A stretch of 28,056 nucleotides of DNA from Verrucomicrobiota bacterium (GCA_049510745.1 JBEKYR010000056.1:1-28056), one strand, 5' to 3'; shown: positions 9,585-18,100, counted from the first letter of the stretch. The notes: generated from the letters alone by a model not told the origin. Translations and numbers: made by a program.

Positions 9585-10313
9585 ATGAAAAATCGTCCGT
9601 CAGCTTTTTGGATTTCTTTGGTTTCCTTCACTGCGGCGGCGGCTTTCTTCGGTCTTCCGTCGAACACAGCCACCGCGGCCGACACCTCGCCCGCCACCAA
9701 CGCCCCCGTTGTCACCCCGTCCGCCGCCCTGCCGACGCCCGGCGTGGCCTTTGGCGTCTCGGAAGTGCTGAAAATGTACCAGGGCGGCATCAGCAAGGAT
9801 GTGATTTTGAACTACATCGCCAACACGGCGCTGCCCTTTCACCTCACTGCCGACAACATCATCTATCTGCAACATTTGGGCGTGCCGCAGGACATAACCA
9901 AGGCCCTGCTCCAGCGCGACGGCCAAATGCAACAGCAGGCGGCCCTGGCTTACCAGCAGCAGATGCCCCCGCCGGGTGCCGGCCAGCCTCCTCCGCCCGC
10001 GGTCCAACAACCCGAGGCGGTCGTCACCCCCACCAGTCCGCCGCCGGTCGTAACCTATCCCGCGCCGGAATATCCCGCTTACTCCTACGCGTCTCCTTAT
10101 CCTTATTATGACTACGCGTATCCCTATTATTACTGGCCGCCGGTGGTGGTGGGAGGCTTTGGCTGGGGTTGGGGCTGGGGCGGTTATTATCATGGCGGCT
10201 GGGGACGGGGAGGCTACGGCGGTGGTTTTCGCGGGGGTGGCGGCGGGTTTCGCGGCGGCGGGGGCGGCTTTCATGGCGGTGGCGGTGGTTTTCACGGCGG
10301 CGGTCACCGCTAA
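9585..10313 (+). CDS. Secreted hypothetical protein with a small helical domain and Pro-, Tyr- and Gly/Arg-rich tails
   Basis: GGAGGAG RBS, Sec-type signal peptide, globular SEVLKMYQGGISKDVILNYI...LGVPQDITKALL segment, then low-complexity tail ending in GGGF(R/H)GG repeats. Confidence 0.8.
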   Translation: MKNRPSAFWISLVSFTAAAAFFGLPSNTATAADTSPATNAPVVTPSAALPTPGVAFGVSEVLKMYQGGISKDVILNYIANTALPFHLTADNIIYLQHLGVPQDITKALLQRDGQMQQQAALAYQQQMPPPGAGQPPPPAVQQPEAVVTPTSPPPVVTYPAPEYPAYSYASPYPYYDYAYPYYYWPPVVVGGFGWGWGWGGYYHGGWGRGGYGGGFRGGGGGFRGGGGGFHGGGGGFHGGGHR

Positions 10314-10380
10314 ACACGTCCACGGCATCGGTTAATACGAATTCAGTTTAAAACCGGGCCGGGGCGGGTTATGTTGCGGC

Positions 10381-10947
10381 GTGGTTTTAGTCATCGATAA
10401 TTACGATTCGTTCACCTACAACCTCGTCCAGTACCTGGGCGAGATGAATGTGGAGCTGGAAGTCCGCCGCAATGACCAGATTTCCCTCGACCAGATCGCC
10501 GCTCTCAAGCCGGACCGCATCCTGGTTTCGCCCGGCCCCTGTTCGCCGCGCGAGTCCGGGTTGTCCAACGACATCATTCGCACTTTCGGGCCTAAAGTGC
10601 CGCTCTTTGGCGTCTGCCTTGGACACCAGTGCATCGGCTACACCTTTGGCGGGGAAGTCATTGTCAATTATCGGATCATGCATGGCAAGACCTCGCCCAT
10701 CCGCCACAACGGCAGGGAGTTGTTTCAGGGCATGCCCAATCCTTTCGCCGCCACCCGCTATCATTCCCTGGTCATCAAACGCGAGACCCTGCCCGCCTGC
10801 CTGGAGGTGATCGCCGAAACCGACGAGGGCGAGATCATGGGCGTGCGGCACAGGGAGCATCCCATTTGGGGCGTCCAATTCCACCCCGAAAGCATCCTGA
10901 CCGAGAACGGCCGCCAAATCCTGAGGAATTTCCTGACGATGTCGTGA
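10381..10947 (+). CDS. trpG: Anthranilate/aminodeoxychorismate synthase component II (glutamine amidotransferase, TrpG/PabA)
   Basis: [36 protein letters not shown]. TrpG and PabA cannot be told apart from sequence alone. Confidence 0.92.
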   Translation: MVLVIDNYDSFTYNLVQYLGEMNVELEVRRNDQISLDQIAALKPDRILVSPGPCSPRESGLSNDIIRTFGPKVPLFGVCLGHQCIGYTFGGEVIVNYRIMHGKTSPIRHNGRELFQGMPNPFAATRYHSLVIKRETLPACLEVIAETDEGEIMGVRHREHPIWGVQFHPESILTENGRQILRNFLTMS

Positions 10948-11005
10948 CGGTAAATTAGCGCTTGCCAATTGGCCCAACGCTGCTAGGTTGTGCGCCCTTG
11001 CTTTT

Positions 11006-11251
11006 ATGAAAGCGTCTATACATCCGAAATATGTGCCGGCGGAGATTCGTTGCGCCTGCGGCAACGTCATCAAAACCCGCTCCACCAAACCGACCATCCT
11101 CGTCGGCATCTGCAACGTCTGCCACCCCTTTTACACCGGCACCCAGAAATTCGTCGATACCGCCGGGCGCGTCGATAAATTCCAGCAGCGCATGGTCAAG
11201 ACGCAGGCCGCCCAGGCCGCAAACGCCGCCCTCAAGAAAAAGAGGAAGTAG
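11006..11251 (+). CDS. rpmE: 50S ribosomal protein L31 (Zn-binding type)
   Basis: MKASIHPKY...CACG...[11 protein letters not shown]...DTAGRVDKF. Possible promoter TTGCCA-N16-TAGGTT at 10962-10989. Confidence 0.97.
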   Translation: MKASIHPKYVPAEIRCACGNVIKTRSTKPTILVGICNVCHPFYTGTQKFVDTAGRVDKFQQRMVKTQAAQAANAALKKKRK

Positions 11252-11263
11252 CTCCCTTTCCCT

Positions 11264-11310
11264 CAACCCGCCTGCCGAAGTTCGCTCTTTCGCGGGCGGG
11301 TTGTTTTTTT
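11264..11310 (+). terminator. Intrinsic terminator between rpmE and prfA
   Basis: Stem CAACCCGCCTGC / GCGGGCGGGTTG followed by T7. Confidence 0.75.
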
Positions 11311-11326
11311 GTCTTCCGGCCCGGAA

Positions 11327-12406
11327 ATGAATCTCCGCCCTTACATCGAAAAATTCGCCCGCCGCCTGGGCGAGGTCGAAGCCGCCCTGAGCGATCCCGC
11401 TCTCCTTGGCAACGCGGCCAAACTCCAGGAGATGTCGCGCGAATACGCCCGCCTCAAGGAGTTGACCGCCATTGGCGAGCGCTATCTCAAAGTGCGGGAC
11501 GACTTGGCGCAACATGCCCGATTGCTCCAGACCGAGCCTGCCGACAGCGAAATGGCGCAGTTGGCCAGGGAGGAAATCGCCCTGCTTCAACCCGAAGAAC
11601 TGCGCCTGGCCAACCAGGTCCAGATCGGTTTGGCGCCGCCCGACCCGGCCGACTCCCGCAACACCATCATCGAAATCCGCGCCGGCGCCGGCGGCTCCGA
11701 ATCCGCCCTCTTCGCCGCCGACCTCTACCGCATGTACACCCGTTATGCCGCCGCCCGCGGCTGGAAGACCGAGGACATGGACAGCAGCCCCTCCGATCTC
11801 GGCGGCTTCAAGGAAATCATTTTCGGCGTCACCGGCGTCGATGTCTTCAAACGCCTCAAATACGAAAGCGGCGTTCACCGCGTCCAACGCGTCCCGGCCA
11901 CCGAAGCCCAGGGCCGCATCCACACCAGCACCGCCACCGTCGCCGTCCTGCCCGAAGCCCGCGAGGTCGATCTGGAAATCAGGCCCGAGGACTTGGAGAT
12001 CAACGTCTGCCGCGCCTCCGGCAAGGGCGGCCAGGGCGTCAATACCACCGATTCCGCCGTGCAGATCATTTACAAACCCACCGGCATGATCGTCCGTTGC
12101 GCCGACGAGCGGTCGCAGCAAAAAAACAAAGCCAAGGCCATGACCGTCCTGCGCTCGCGTCTGCTCGAACTCAAGGTCGCCGAGGAGGACGCCAAGTACG
12201 CCGCCCGCCGCAAGGAACAAGTCGGCACTGGCGAACGCAACGAACGCATCCGCACCTACAATTTTCCGCAAAACCGCGTGACCGATCATCGCATCGAACT
12301 GACCCTTTACAATCTGCCTACGTTCATCGACGGCGACCTGGACGGCATCATCGAGCCCCTCATGGCCGACGACCTGGAACACCGTCTGGCCGCCTTAAAA
12401 TTATGA
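11327..12406 (+). CDS. prfA: Peptide chain release factor 1
   Basis: EIRAGAGG, LKYESGVHRVQRVPATE (PxT motif of RF1), SGKGGQGVN (GGQ), RIRTYNFPQNRVTDHRI. Confidence 0.97.
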   Translation: MNLRPYIEKFARRLGEVEAALSDPALLGNAAKLQEMSREYARLKELTAIGERYLKVRDDLAQHARLLQTEPADSEMAQLAREEIALLQPEELRLANQVQIGLAPPDPADSRNTIIEIRAGAGGSESALFAADLYRMYTRYAAARGWKTEDMDSSPSDLGGFKEIIFGVTGVDVFKRLKYESGVHRVQRVPATEAQGRIHTSTATVAVLPEAREVDLEIRPEDLEINVCRASGKGGQGVNTTDSAVQIIYKPTGMIVRCADERSQQKNKAKAMTVLRSRLLELKVAEEDAKYAARRKEQVGTGERNERIRTYNFPQNRVTDHRIELTLYNLPTFIDGDLDGIIEPLMADDLEHRLAALKL

Positions 12407-12521
12407 ACCCCCAATCCTTGTTGACTTTCCGGGAGCGCGGCCGTCTCGACGGCGGAATCCGTTCCGCGGCAAATTTCGCCGTCCGGCGAAGAGAAGGAGC
12501 GCGTCGCCAAAGATTGAAACC

Positions 12522-13109
12522 ATGAACCTGACCGCTCCGAAGGCCTTGATTTTTGATTGCGACGGCACCCTGGCCGACAGCATGCCGCTGCATTGGCGCG
12601 CCTGGCACGAAGTGGCCGAGCGTCACGGACTGGATTTTCCGGAAGACCGCTTTTACGCCCTGGGCGGCGTGCCCTCCCGCGACATTCTCAAGATGCTCAG
12701 CGAGGAACAAAGCCGGCCGTTGGACCCCGTCGCCGTCTCGCGGGAAAAGGAGGCCGCCTACCTTCTTCTTTTGGCGCAAGTCCAGCCGGTCGATGTGGTG
12801 GTGAACATCGCCCGCAAGAATTACGGCAAAATTCCGATGGCGGTGGCGTCCGGCGGCAACCAGGCCCACATCAACGAAGTCCTCGAACACCTGGGCATCC
12901 GCCAGCTTTTCCAGACCGTGGTGACCAGCGAGCAGGTGGTCCGCCAGAAACCGGCGCCGGACATTTTTCTGGAAGCGGCCCGCCGCCTGGGCGTCCCCCC
13001 GCAATACTGCCGCGCCTACGAGGACACCGACCTGGGCCTGCAAGCCATCCGCGCCGCCGGCATGGAGGCGGTGGACGTGCGCCGCCTCAGGAAAAACCAG
13101 AGCGATTAA
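12522..13109 (+). CDS. HAD-family phosphatase (YqaB/beta-PGM-like)
   Basis: IFDCDGTLADSM, AVASGG, KPAPDIFL, YEDTDLGLQAIRAAGM. Confidence 0.92.
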   Translation: MNLTAPKALIFDCDGTLADSMPLHWRAWHEVAERHGLDFPEDRFYALGGVPSRDILKMLSEEQSRPLDPVAVSREKEAAYLLLLAQVQPVDVVVNIARKNYGKIPMAVASGGNQAHINEVLEHLGIRQLFQTVVTSEQVVRQKPAPDIFLEAARRLGVPPQYCRAYEDTDLGLQAIRAAGMEAVDVRRLRKNQSD

Positions 13110-13444
13110 AAACCGCCCGCAGGGCAGAGTTGCGGCTCCGCATCTTTCGTAATCTTAATCCTACTCCTAATCTTCGGAATAATTCTTTGGCAGCCCCGGT
13201 GGACGTGCTCCGGCTCAGGCAAAACGAATCCGCCCCCGAATCATCCTTCTCCTGAGATGTGAAAGGTAATGGCACCCTCATCCTTCAGCCTTCCCTCGCC
13301 CTCCCCGTCCATCGAATCAGTCAATCGAGAAATACCAATTTCCTAGGCCTGACCCTTTCATTTTCATGACCCTTTCACATTTTCACACAATCGGCAGCCG
13401 AATTGTTGAAGGTTCAGATGTGACTCCAAATCTCTGCTTCGCCT

Positions 13445-13672
13445 TTAAATCCCATCGGCTTCTGTGGCATGGAATTCGGCCTTGCAGCAGTCCAGTTCCC
13501 GCCGCACTTCCGGGTCGGCAGCCATGGCGGACAATCCGGCTTCCCATGGGTCGTGCCGACCCGACACCGAAATCCGGACGCGACGCAGCAGCCGTTCCAG
13601 CAGGCTGAGTTGAGCCTCAGGCGACAATCGCTCAAACTCTCTTTCGATTTCGTTGAAGGCCGGTGATGACAT
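13445..13672 (-). CDS. Small antitoxin-like hypothetical protein (75 aa)
   Basis: MSSPAFNEIEREFERLSPEAQLSLLERL...AMAADPEVRREL...EFHATEADGI. The LSPExQL.L.E.L N-terminus resembles addiction-module components; the C-terminus is acidic. Confidence 0.6.
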   Translation of the reverse strand: MSSPAFNEIEREFERLSPEAQLSLLERLLRRVRISVSGRHDPWEAGLSAMAADPEVRRELDCCKAEFHATEADGI

Positions 13673-13759
13673 CGTTTTCCCTATATTCCCGTATTTTGAC
13701 CGCAAGTCAACAGCCCCTTTTCCAGTCCTGCCCGTCCGCCACAGGAAAGACCCCAGGCT

Positions 13760-13842
13760 TGTGACGGGGTTGGATGAGGGTTTGTGACGGCAAATGTTAC
13801 GGCCTAAGTCCCGTATTATCAACGATTGTGACGGTGTGACGG
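13760..13842 (+). repeat. Cluster of five TGT(G/T)ACGG direct repeats
   Basis: Copies start at 13760, 13783, 13795 (TGTTACGG), 13827 and 13835. Confidence 0.85.
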
Positions 13843-14011
13843 CTTTTCCCGGACCCAAGGGTGTGCCAATGCGTCAGTGGCTTCTCCAGTCGGGGTCAAT
13901 CGCGCCAAATCACGCCAAAAATGAAAATTTCCTGCGCCACTTGAGCCTTCTGCCTTCAGCCCTCAGCCTTCGCGTCTCTCACTGCGCCGGGCGCCGGGGT
14001 TTAACGTTCTT

Positions 14012-14028
14012 CTGGCATAAACCATGCC
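14012..14028. promoter_or_regulatory. Palindromic sigma-54 (-24/-12)-like site
   Basis: TGGCATAAACCATGCCA gives TGG-N10-GC spacing on both strands. Confidence 0.5.
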
Positions 14029-14179
14029 ATGCGCTATGCGGTGTTCACCCCATTGCAGAAGCGCGGTTTAAAATGTAAATAATAATATTTAGTGGTTCTG
14101 TTTTTGAAGTAGTCATGCCTCTCGCCGTTCGTTCGCGCGCGGTGTGGGGGCGGTTGGCGTATTCCTATTGGCAGGCATT

Positions 14180-15580
14180 ATGGCAGTTTCGGACGCAACT
14201 CAAAGCGATGTCGGCGTGATCGGCTTGGATCTTATCGGCCGTAATGTGGCTTCGCGTCTGGCCGAACATCCTTTCAACGTGGCCGCCTGCGATTGGCGGC
14301 CGCCAAAGACACTCCCGTTGCCGGAACAGACAACCGGGCCGAAGGTCCGCCTGGTGGCCAATATCTCCGAACTGATGGCCAGCCTCCGCCAACCGCGCAT
14401 GGTTCTCGTTTTCAGCGGCACGCACGCTCCCATGAACTCCGTCCTGGATCAGTTGCTGCCCGAATTGAAGCCGGGCGACCTCCTGGCGGATGCCGGGGAT
14501 TCTTATTTCAAGGACACGGCCAGGCATGACCGCCAGTTGGCGCAGCGGCGCATTCAATTCATGGGCATCGGCCTCGCCGGCGGCGAAAATGGCGCCCGTC
14601 ACGGGGCCATTGTCATGGCAGGGGGCGAGCCTGAGGCCCGCGAGCGAACCCGTCCGTTGCTGGCGGTCATGGCTGCCACCATCGGGGGCGACCCGTGCGT
14701 GAGCCATTCCAAATCCGCAGCGGCCGCCCATTTTGTCAAGATGGTCCACGCCGGGGTCGAATTCGCCTTGTTGCAATTGCTCTCCGAAACGTTCGACTTG
14801 CTGCAACGCTCCTTGCGGCTGACCGACGAGAAATGGCAGCACGCTTCGGGGGCGTCGCAGATCGCCGTTCTCAACGGGTACCTGAGGGAGATTTCCGGGC
14901 GGGTCTTCGAACCGGTGGACGACCAGCCGCCGCGGCTGTTCTTGGAGCAGGAATTGGGGTCCGCCAAAAACGAGGCTCCGCTCAGATGGGTCGCGCCGAG
15001 CGCCTGGGAATCGGAAGTGCCCATTCCCACCATCGAGGCGGCCGTGGGAACAGAACGCGTGGCGGCGGCAGAACAGCGCCAGGCACTCCTCGCCGCGCCT
15101 TTCCGCCAGCCAGTGGGCCGCTTGAAAAATGATCCCGAAAGCGTGCTCAATGAACTGCACGGCGCCTTCCACGCCGCCATGATGATTACCTACGCGCAAG
15201 GCATGGCGCTGTTGATTGCCGCCTCGAAACTTCATGGCTTTGACTTCAACCTGCACGAGATTTCCCGGACCTGGAGAGGTTGCACCCACCTGCGCACCTC
15301 CTTGCTCGACGACATCGCGACCGCCTTGCAAGCGACCCCGGACCTGCCCGGCTTGCTCTCCGATGCCGATTTGTCCGAAAGGGTCATGGCCTGCCAGGAA
15401 GACCTGCGCCACGCCGTCTGGCGCGCCCACGAGCTTGACACCGTCGTCCCCGCTTTGCACGCCTCCCTGGATTACCTCGACACCAACAGGGCGGCGTGGC
15501 TGCCGGCAAATTTGATCCAGGCGCCCCGCCGCCAGCCAGCCTGGGGAGCGGCCCATCGGGGTCAAATCTATTCGGCTTGA
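14180..15580 (+). CDS. Divergent 6-phosphogluconate dehydrogenase (Gnd)-like protein with altered substrate and cofactor sites
   Basis: Colinear with Gnd: VGVIG...GRN, SLRQPR, GGENGARHG, DPCV, HFVKMVHAGVE, YAQG, LPANLIQA. Many conserved ligand residues are replaced (see findings). Confidence 0.85.
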   Translation: MAVSDATQSDVGVIGLDLIGRNVASRLAEHPFNVAACDWRPPKTLPLPEQTTGPKVRLVANISELMASLRQPRMVLVFSGTHAPMNSVLDQLLPELKPGDLLADAGDSYFKDTARHDRQLAQRRIQFMGIGLAGGENGARHGAIVMAGGEPEARERTRPLLAVMAATIGGDPCVSHSKSAAAAHFVKMVHAGVEFALLQLLSETFDLLQRSLRLTDEKWQHASGASQIAVLNGYLREISGRVFEPVDDQPPRLFLEQELGSAKNEAPLRWVAPSAWESEVPIPTIEAAVGTERVAAAEQRQALLAAPFRQPVGRLKNDPESVLNELHGAFHAAMMITYAQGMALLIAASKLHGFDFNLHEISRTWRGCTHLRTSLLDDIATALQATPDLPGLLSDADLSERVMACQEDLRHAVWRAHELDTVVPALHASLDYLDTNRAAWLPANLIQAPRRQPAWGAAHRGQIYSA

Positions 15581-15849
15581 TTCTTCCATCAGGCCGCCGG
15601 GGCACTGGAGTGATTTCAGCTTTCCGCCGTTTGAACCGGCTGTCTTTGCCGGAAAAATCGCGCCGGCGCGGATAATATCTTACATTCGGCTTCGCATTTT
15701 GCCGGTTTTTTGGGATTCCGTCCGTTGCAAGTCAAACCGAACCGGAATCGGCAATTACAATTTTTCAATTTTCAATTTCCGATTTTCAATTGTCCTTTTC
15801 CCCGCGTCTCTGCGCCTTATGCTCTCTGGCACAGGAGCGGGCGCCTGGC

Positions 15850-16449
15850 TCACTGCGCCGGGCGGCGGCGCGAGGAACGGAAAAGTTCCATCTGCGGGTC
15901 CTTGAAGAACTCGTAGGTCTTGAAGACCCGGATGATTTGCAGCAGGTCGGATTTGTCGTAATTGCGGTTGACCTCCGCCCCGGCAATCAAGTCTGCCAGC
16001 ATCGTCCGAAAGGGTATGACCGCATCCACCCCCTTGGCGCGGAGCAGTGCGATGGTTTGCTCGCGTGCCTTGGCCGTCTGCGCCAGCGCCGGGACGATCA
16101 GGATTTTCAATGGCGGAAGCTCGGGACTGAACGTGCGCGCCGCCTGCTGAAAAATCGCCGGCTCGACGAACCGGAACATCGCCGGCGCGTTCTCCAGCAC
16201 CGCCGGGCCAAACGATTCCGTGTGCCACCCCCGCACCACCACCACCGCCCGCGGCACCCCCGCCAGGTCCTCCGATGTCAAGACGAACGGCAGCGGCTCC
16301 GCCCGTTCCCGCGGACGCGGGTTCCAGACAAAAAAGTCGATCCCATCCCGCTCCAGCTTTTCCCGCGCCATGTATTTGCGGCTCTGCCGCACCAGGAACC
16401 CGTGCAGCTCGAAGTATTCGCGGACCATAATTTCGCTGACGGCAGCCAT
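15850..16449 (-). CDS. Hypothetical protein, possible PD-(D/E)XK (YraN/Hjc-like) fold
   Basis: ATG lies 1 nt after the aroB stop. Pattern SEIMVREYFELHGFLV...GIDFFVWN...AVVVVRGW. Confidence 0.75.
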   Translation of the reverse strand: MAAVSEIMVREYFELHGFLVRQSRKYMAREKLERDGIDFFVWNPRPRERAEPLPFVLTSEDLAGVPRAVVVVRGWHTESFGPAVLENAPAMFRFVEPAIFQQAARTFSPELPPLKILIVPALAQTAKAREQTIALLRAKGVDAVIPFRTMLADLIAGAEVNRNYDKSDLLQIIRVFKTYEFFKDPQMELFRSSRRRPAQ

Positions 16450-16450
16450 A

Positions 16451-17560
16451 TCAGGAGGAATGGGGTTGGGCGGACGCGGGCGCCGCCAAGGTTTGCCGGA
16501 CCCGCCGTGAAGCGATTTTGTGGCCCGGCTCGACCTGCCCGATCCGCCGCGCCAAAACAAATCGAATCTCGCCGCCGCTGACTTTTTTGTCCAGCAGCAT
16601 GGCGGCCAGCAGCCGGGTCTGTTGCGCCGGCGACAATTTGATCGAGACGGGCAAGCCGGCCCGCGCCAGCAGTGTCTCGATGCGCGCCGCCTCCGCCGCC
16701 GGCAAACCGGCAGCGCGGACCGACAGCTTCGCCGCCGCCGCCTGTCCGATGGCGATGGCTTCGCCGTGCAGGTATTTGCCGTAGCCGGAAATGGCTTCGA
16801 TGGCGTGGCCGATGGTGTGGCCGAAGTTCAAAATCGCGCGCAGGCCGGTTTCGGTTTCATCCTGCCGGACGACCTCGGCCTTGAGTTCGCAACAGCGCGC
16901 CACGACCCCGGCCAAAACCCCGCCGTCCAGGTTCAACAACAACGGCAAGTCGCGTTCCAGGCGCGCAAAGAGCGCCGCGTCGCTGATAATTCCGTATTTG
17001 ATGACTTCGGCCAGGCCGGCGCGGAATTCGCGCAAGGGCAGCGTGCGCAAAGCCGCCAGATCGCACAGCACAAAACGCGGTTGATAAAACGCCCCCACCA
17101 GATTCTTCCCGGCCTTAAGATTGACGCCGACTTTGCCGCCGACGGAGCTGTCCACTTGCGCGAGCAAAGTCGTGGGCGCCTGGACGAACGCGATGCCGCG
17201 CAAGTAAGCCGACGCGACAAACCCCGCCAGATCGCCGATAACGCCCCCGCCCAGGGCCACGATAAAAGACTTCCGCTCCAGGCGGTGGCCGGCGAGTTGG
17301 TCGCAACAGGATTGCGTCATCTTGAGGCTCTTCGAGCTTTCCCCGGCGGGAACGGTGATCAGCACCGGGTCAAAGCCCGCCTTTCGCAAAGAGGCCAGGG
17401 CCGCCTTGCCATAAAGGGGCGCGACATTTTTATCGGAGATGACGGCGCACCGCTCACCCAACCGGAGCCGGGCGCAATACCCGCCCAGGCCGGAAAGAAT
17501 TTTCTCCCCAATGAAAATGGGATAGCTTCGGCTGCCCAATGAAACATCGACCGTGCGCAC
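16451..17560 (-). CDS. aroB: 3-dehydroquinate synthase
   Basis: GESSKS, ALGGGVIGDLAGF, RGI...PTTLLAQVDSSVGGKVGVN, KNLVGAFYQP, AEVIKY, LNFGHTIGHAIE, HGEAI, DKK. Confidence 0.97.
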   Translation of the reverse strand: MRTVDVSLGSRSYPIFIGEKILSGLGGYCARLRLGERCAVISDKNVAPLYGKAALASLRKAGFDPVLITVPAGESSKSLKMTQSCCDQLAGHRLERKSFIVALGGGVIGDLAGFVASAYLRGIAFVQAPTTLLAQVDSSVGGKVGVNLKAGKNLVGAFYQPRFVLCDLAALRTLPLREFRAGLAEVIKYGIISDAALFARLERDLPLLLNLDGGVLAGVVARCCELKAEVVRQDETETGLRAILNFGHTIGHAIEAISGYGKYLHGEAIAIGQAAAAKLSVRAAGLPAAEAARIETLLARAGLPVSIKLSPAQQTRLLAAMLLDKKVSGGEIRFVLARRIGQVEPGHKIASRRVRQTLAAPASAQPHSS

Positions 17561-17673
17561 AGTGGGCCAAGCATAAGCGCCCCGCCGCCCCGGTTCAATG
17601 TTCAAAGTTCAACGTTCAAAGAAAGGGCAGTTTGCAGAGATTCCTGATGGATCAAGATAAAAACGGGACGGAT

Positions 17674-17928
17674 TTACTCGTGGTACTCGCGGACTTCGCC
17701 CGGCCTGTTGTCCAGGATTTCCAATCGCAGCGGACCTGCCTCGATTTGCCTTCTCCTCTGGAAAGCAGCGGCACTGGCGGCATCTGTGAACAAGTAAACA
17801 ACGACGCCTGTTTGACCTTCCATCTCGCCTCGGCAGCCGATGAATCCCGGCGTGCCTTTCTTGTGTCTCGATTGCTGCGCAAACGCGACACGTATGCTCA
17901 GTTCACTTTCCGTCATTTTGATGACCAA
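17674..17928 (-). CDS. Possible hypothetical protein or gene fragment in the tRNA islet
   Basis: Protein-like composition (GVVVYLFTDAASAAAFQRR) and co-oriented with the islet genes. A competing + strand ORF (17647-17970) exists. Confidence 0.3.
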   Translation of the reverse strand: MVIKMTESELSIRVAFAQQSRHKKGTPGFIGCRGEMEGQTGVVVYLFTDAASAAAFQRRRQIEAGPLRLEILDNRPGEVREYHE

Positions 17929-18100
17929 TCTAAGCCCCGCTCTCGAGCGTCTCCTCCACGGAACACTTGAAATGAAGATGACGGAGGGTATGGTTCGGAG
18001 TTTCCATCGTCGGGAGCTTGAGGTTATGGATTAGCCGCGCGGGACAAGCCCTCCTATGCGGGTTTGCCCCTTGCGTTGCCAGGATGTTGGTCGGGACTTC

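Noticed and set aside
11327..12406. prfB-type programmed frameshift
   Set aside because: The gene is RF1 (PxT motif) with a continuous reading frame.
13673..13858. N-terminal extension of the antitoxin-like ORF (137 aa)
   Set aside because: The extension runs through the octamer repeat array and looks non-coding; ATG 13672 is preferred.
17647..17970. + strand ORF MDQDKNG...
   Set aside because: No motif or RBS support, and it conflicts with a co-oriented minus-strand ORF; left unresolved.
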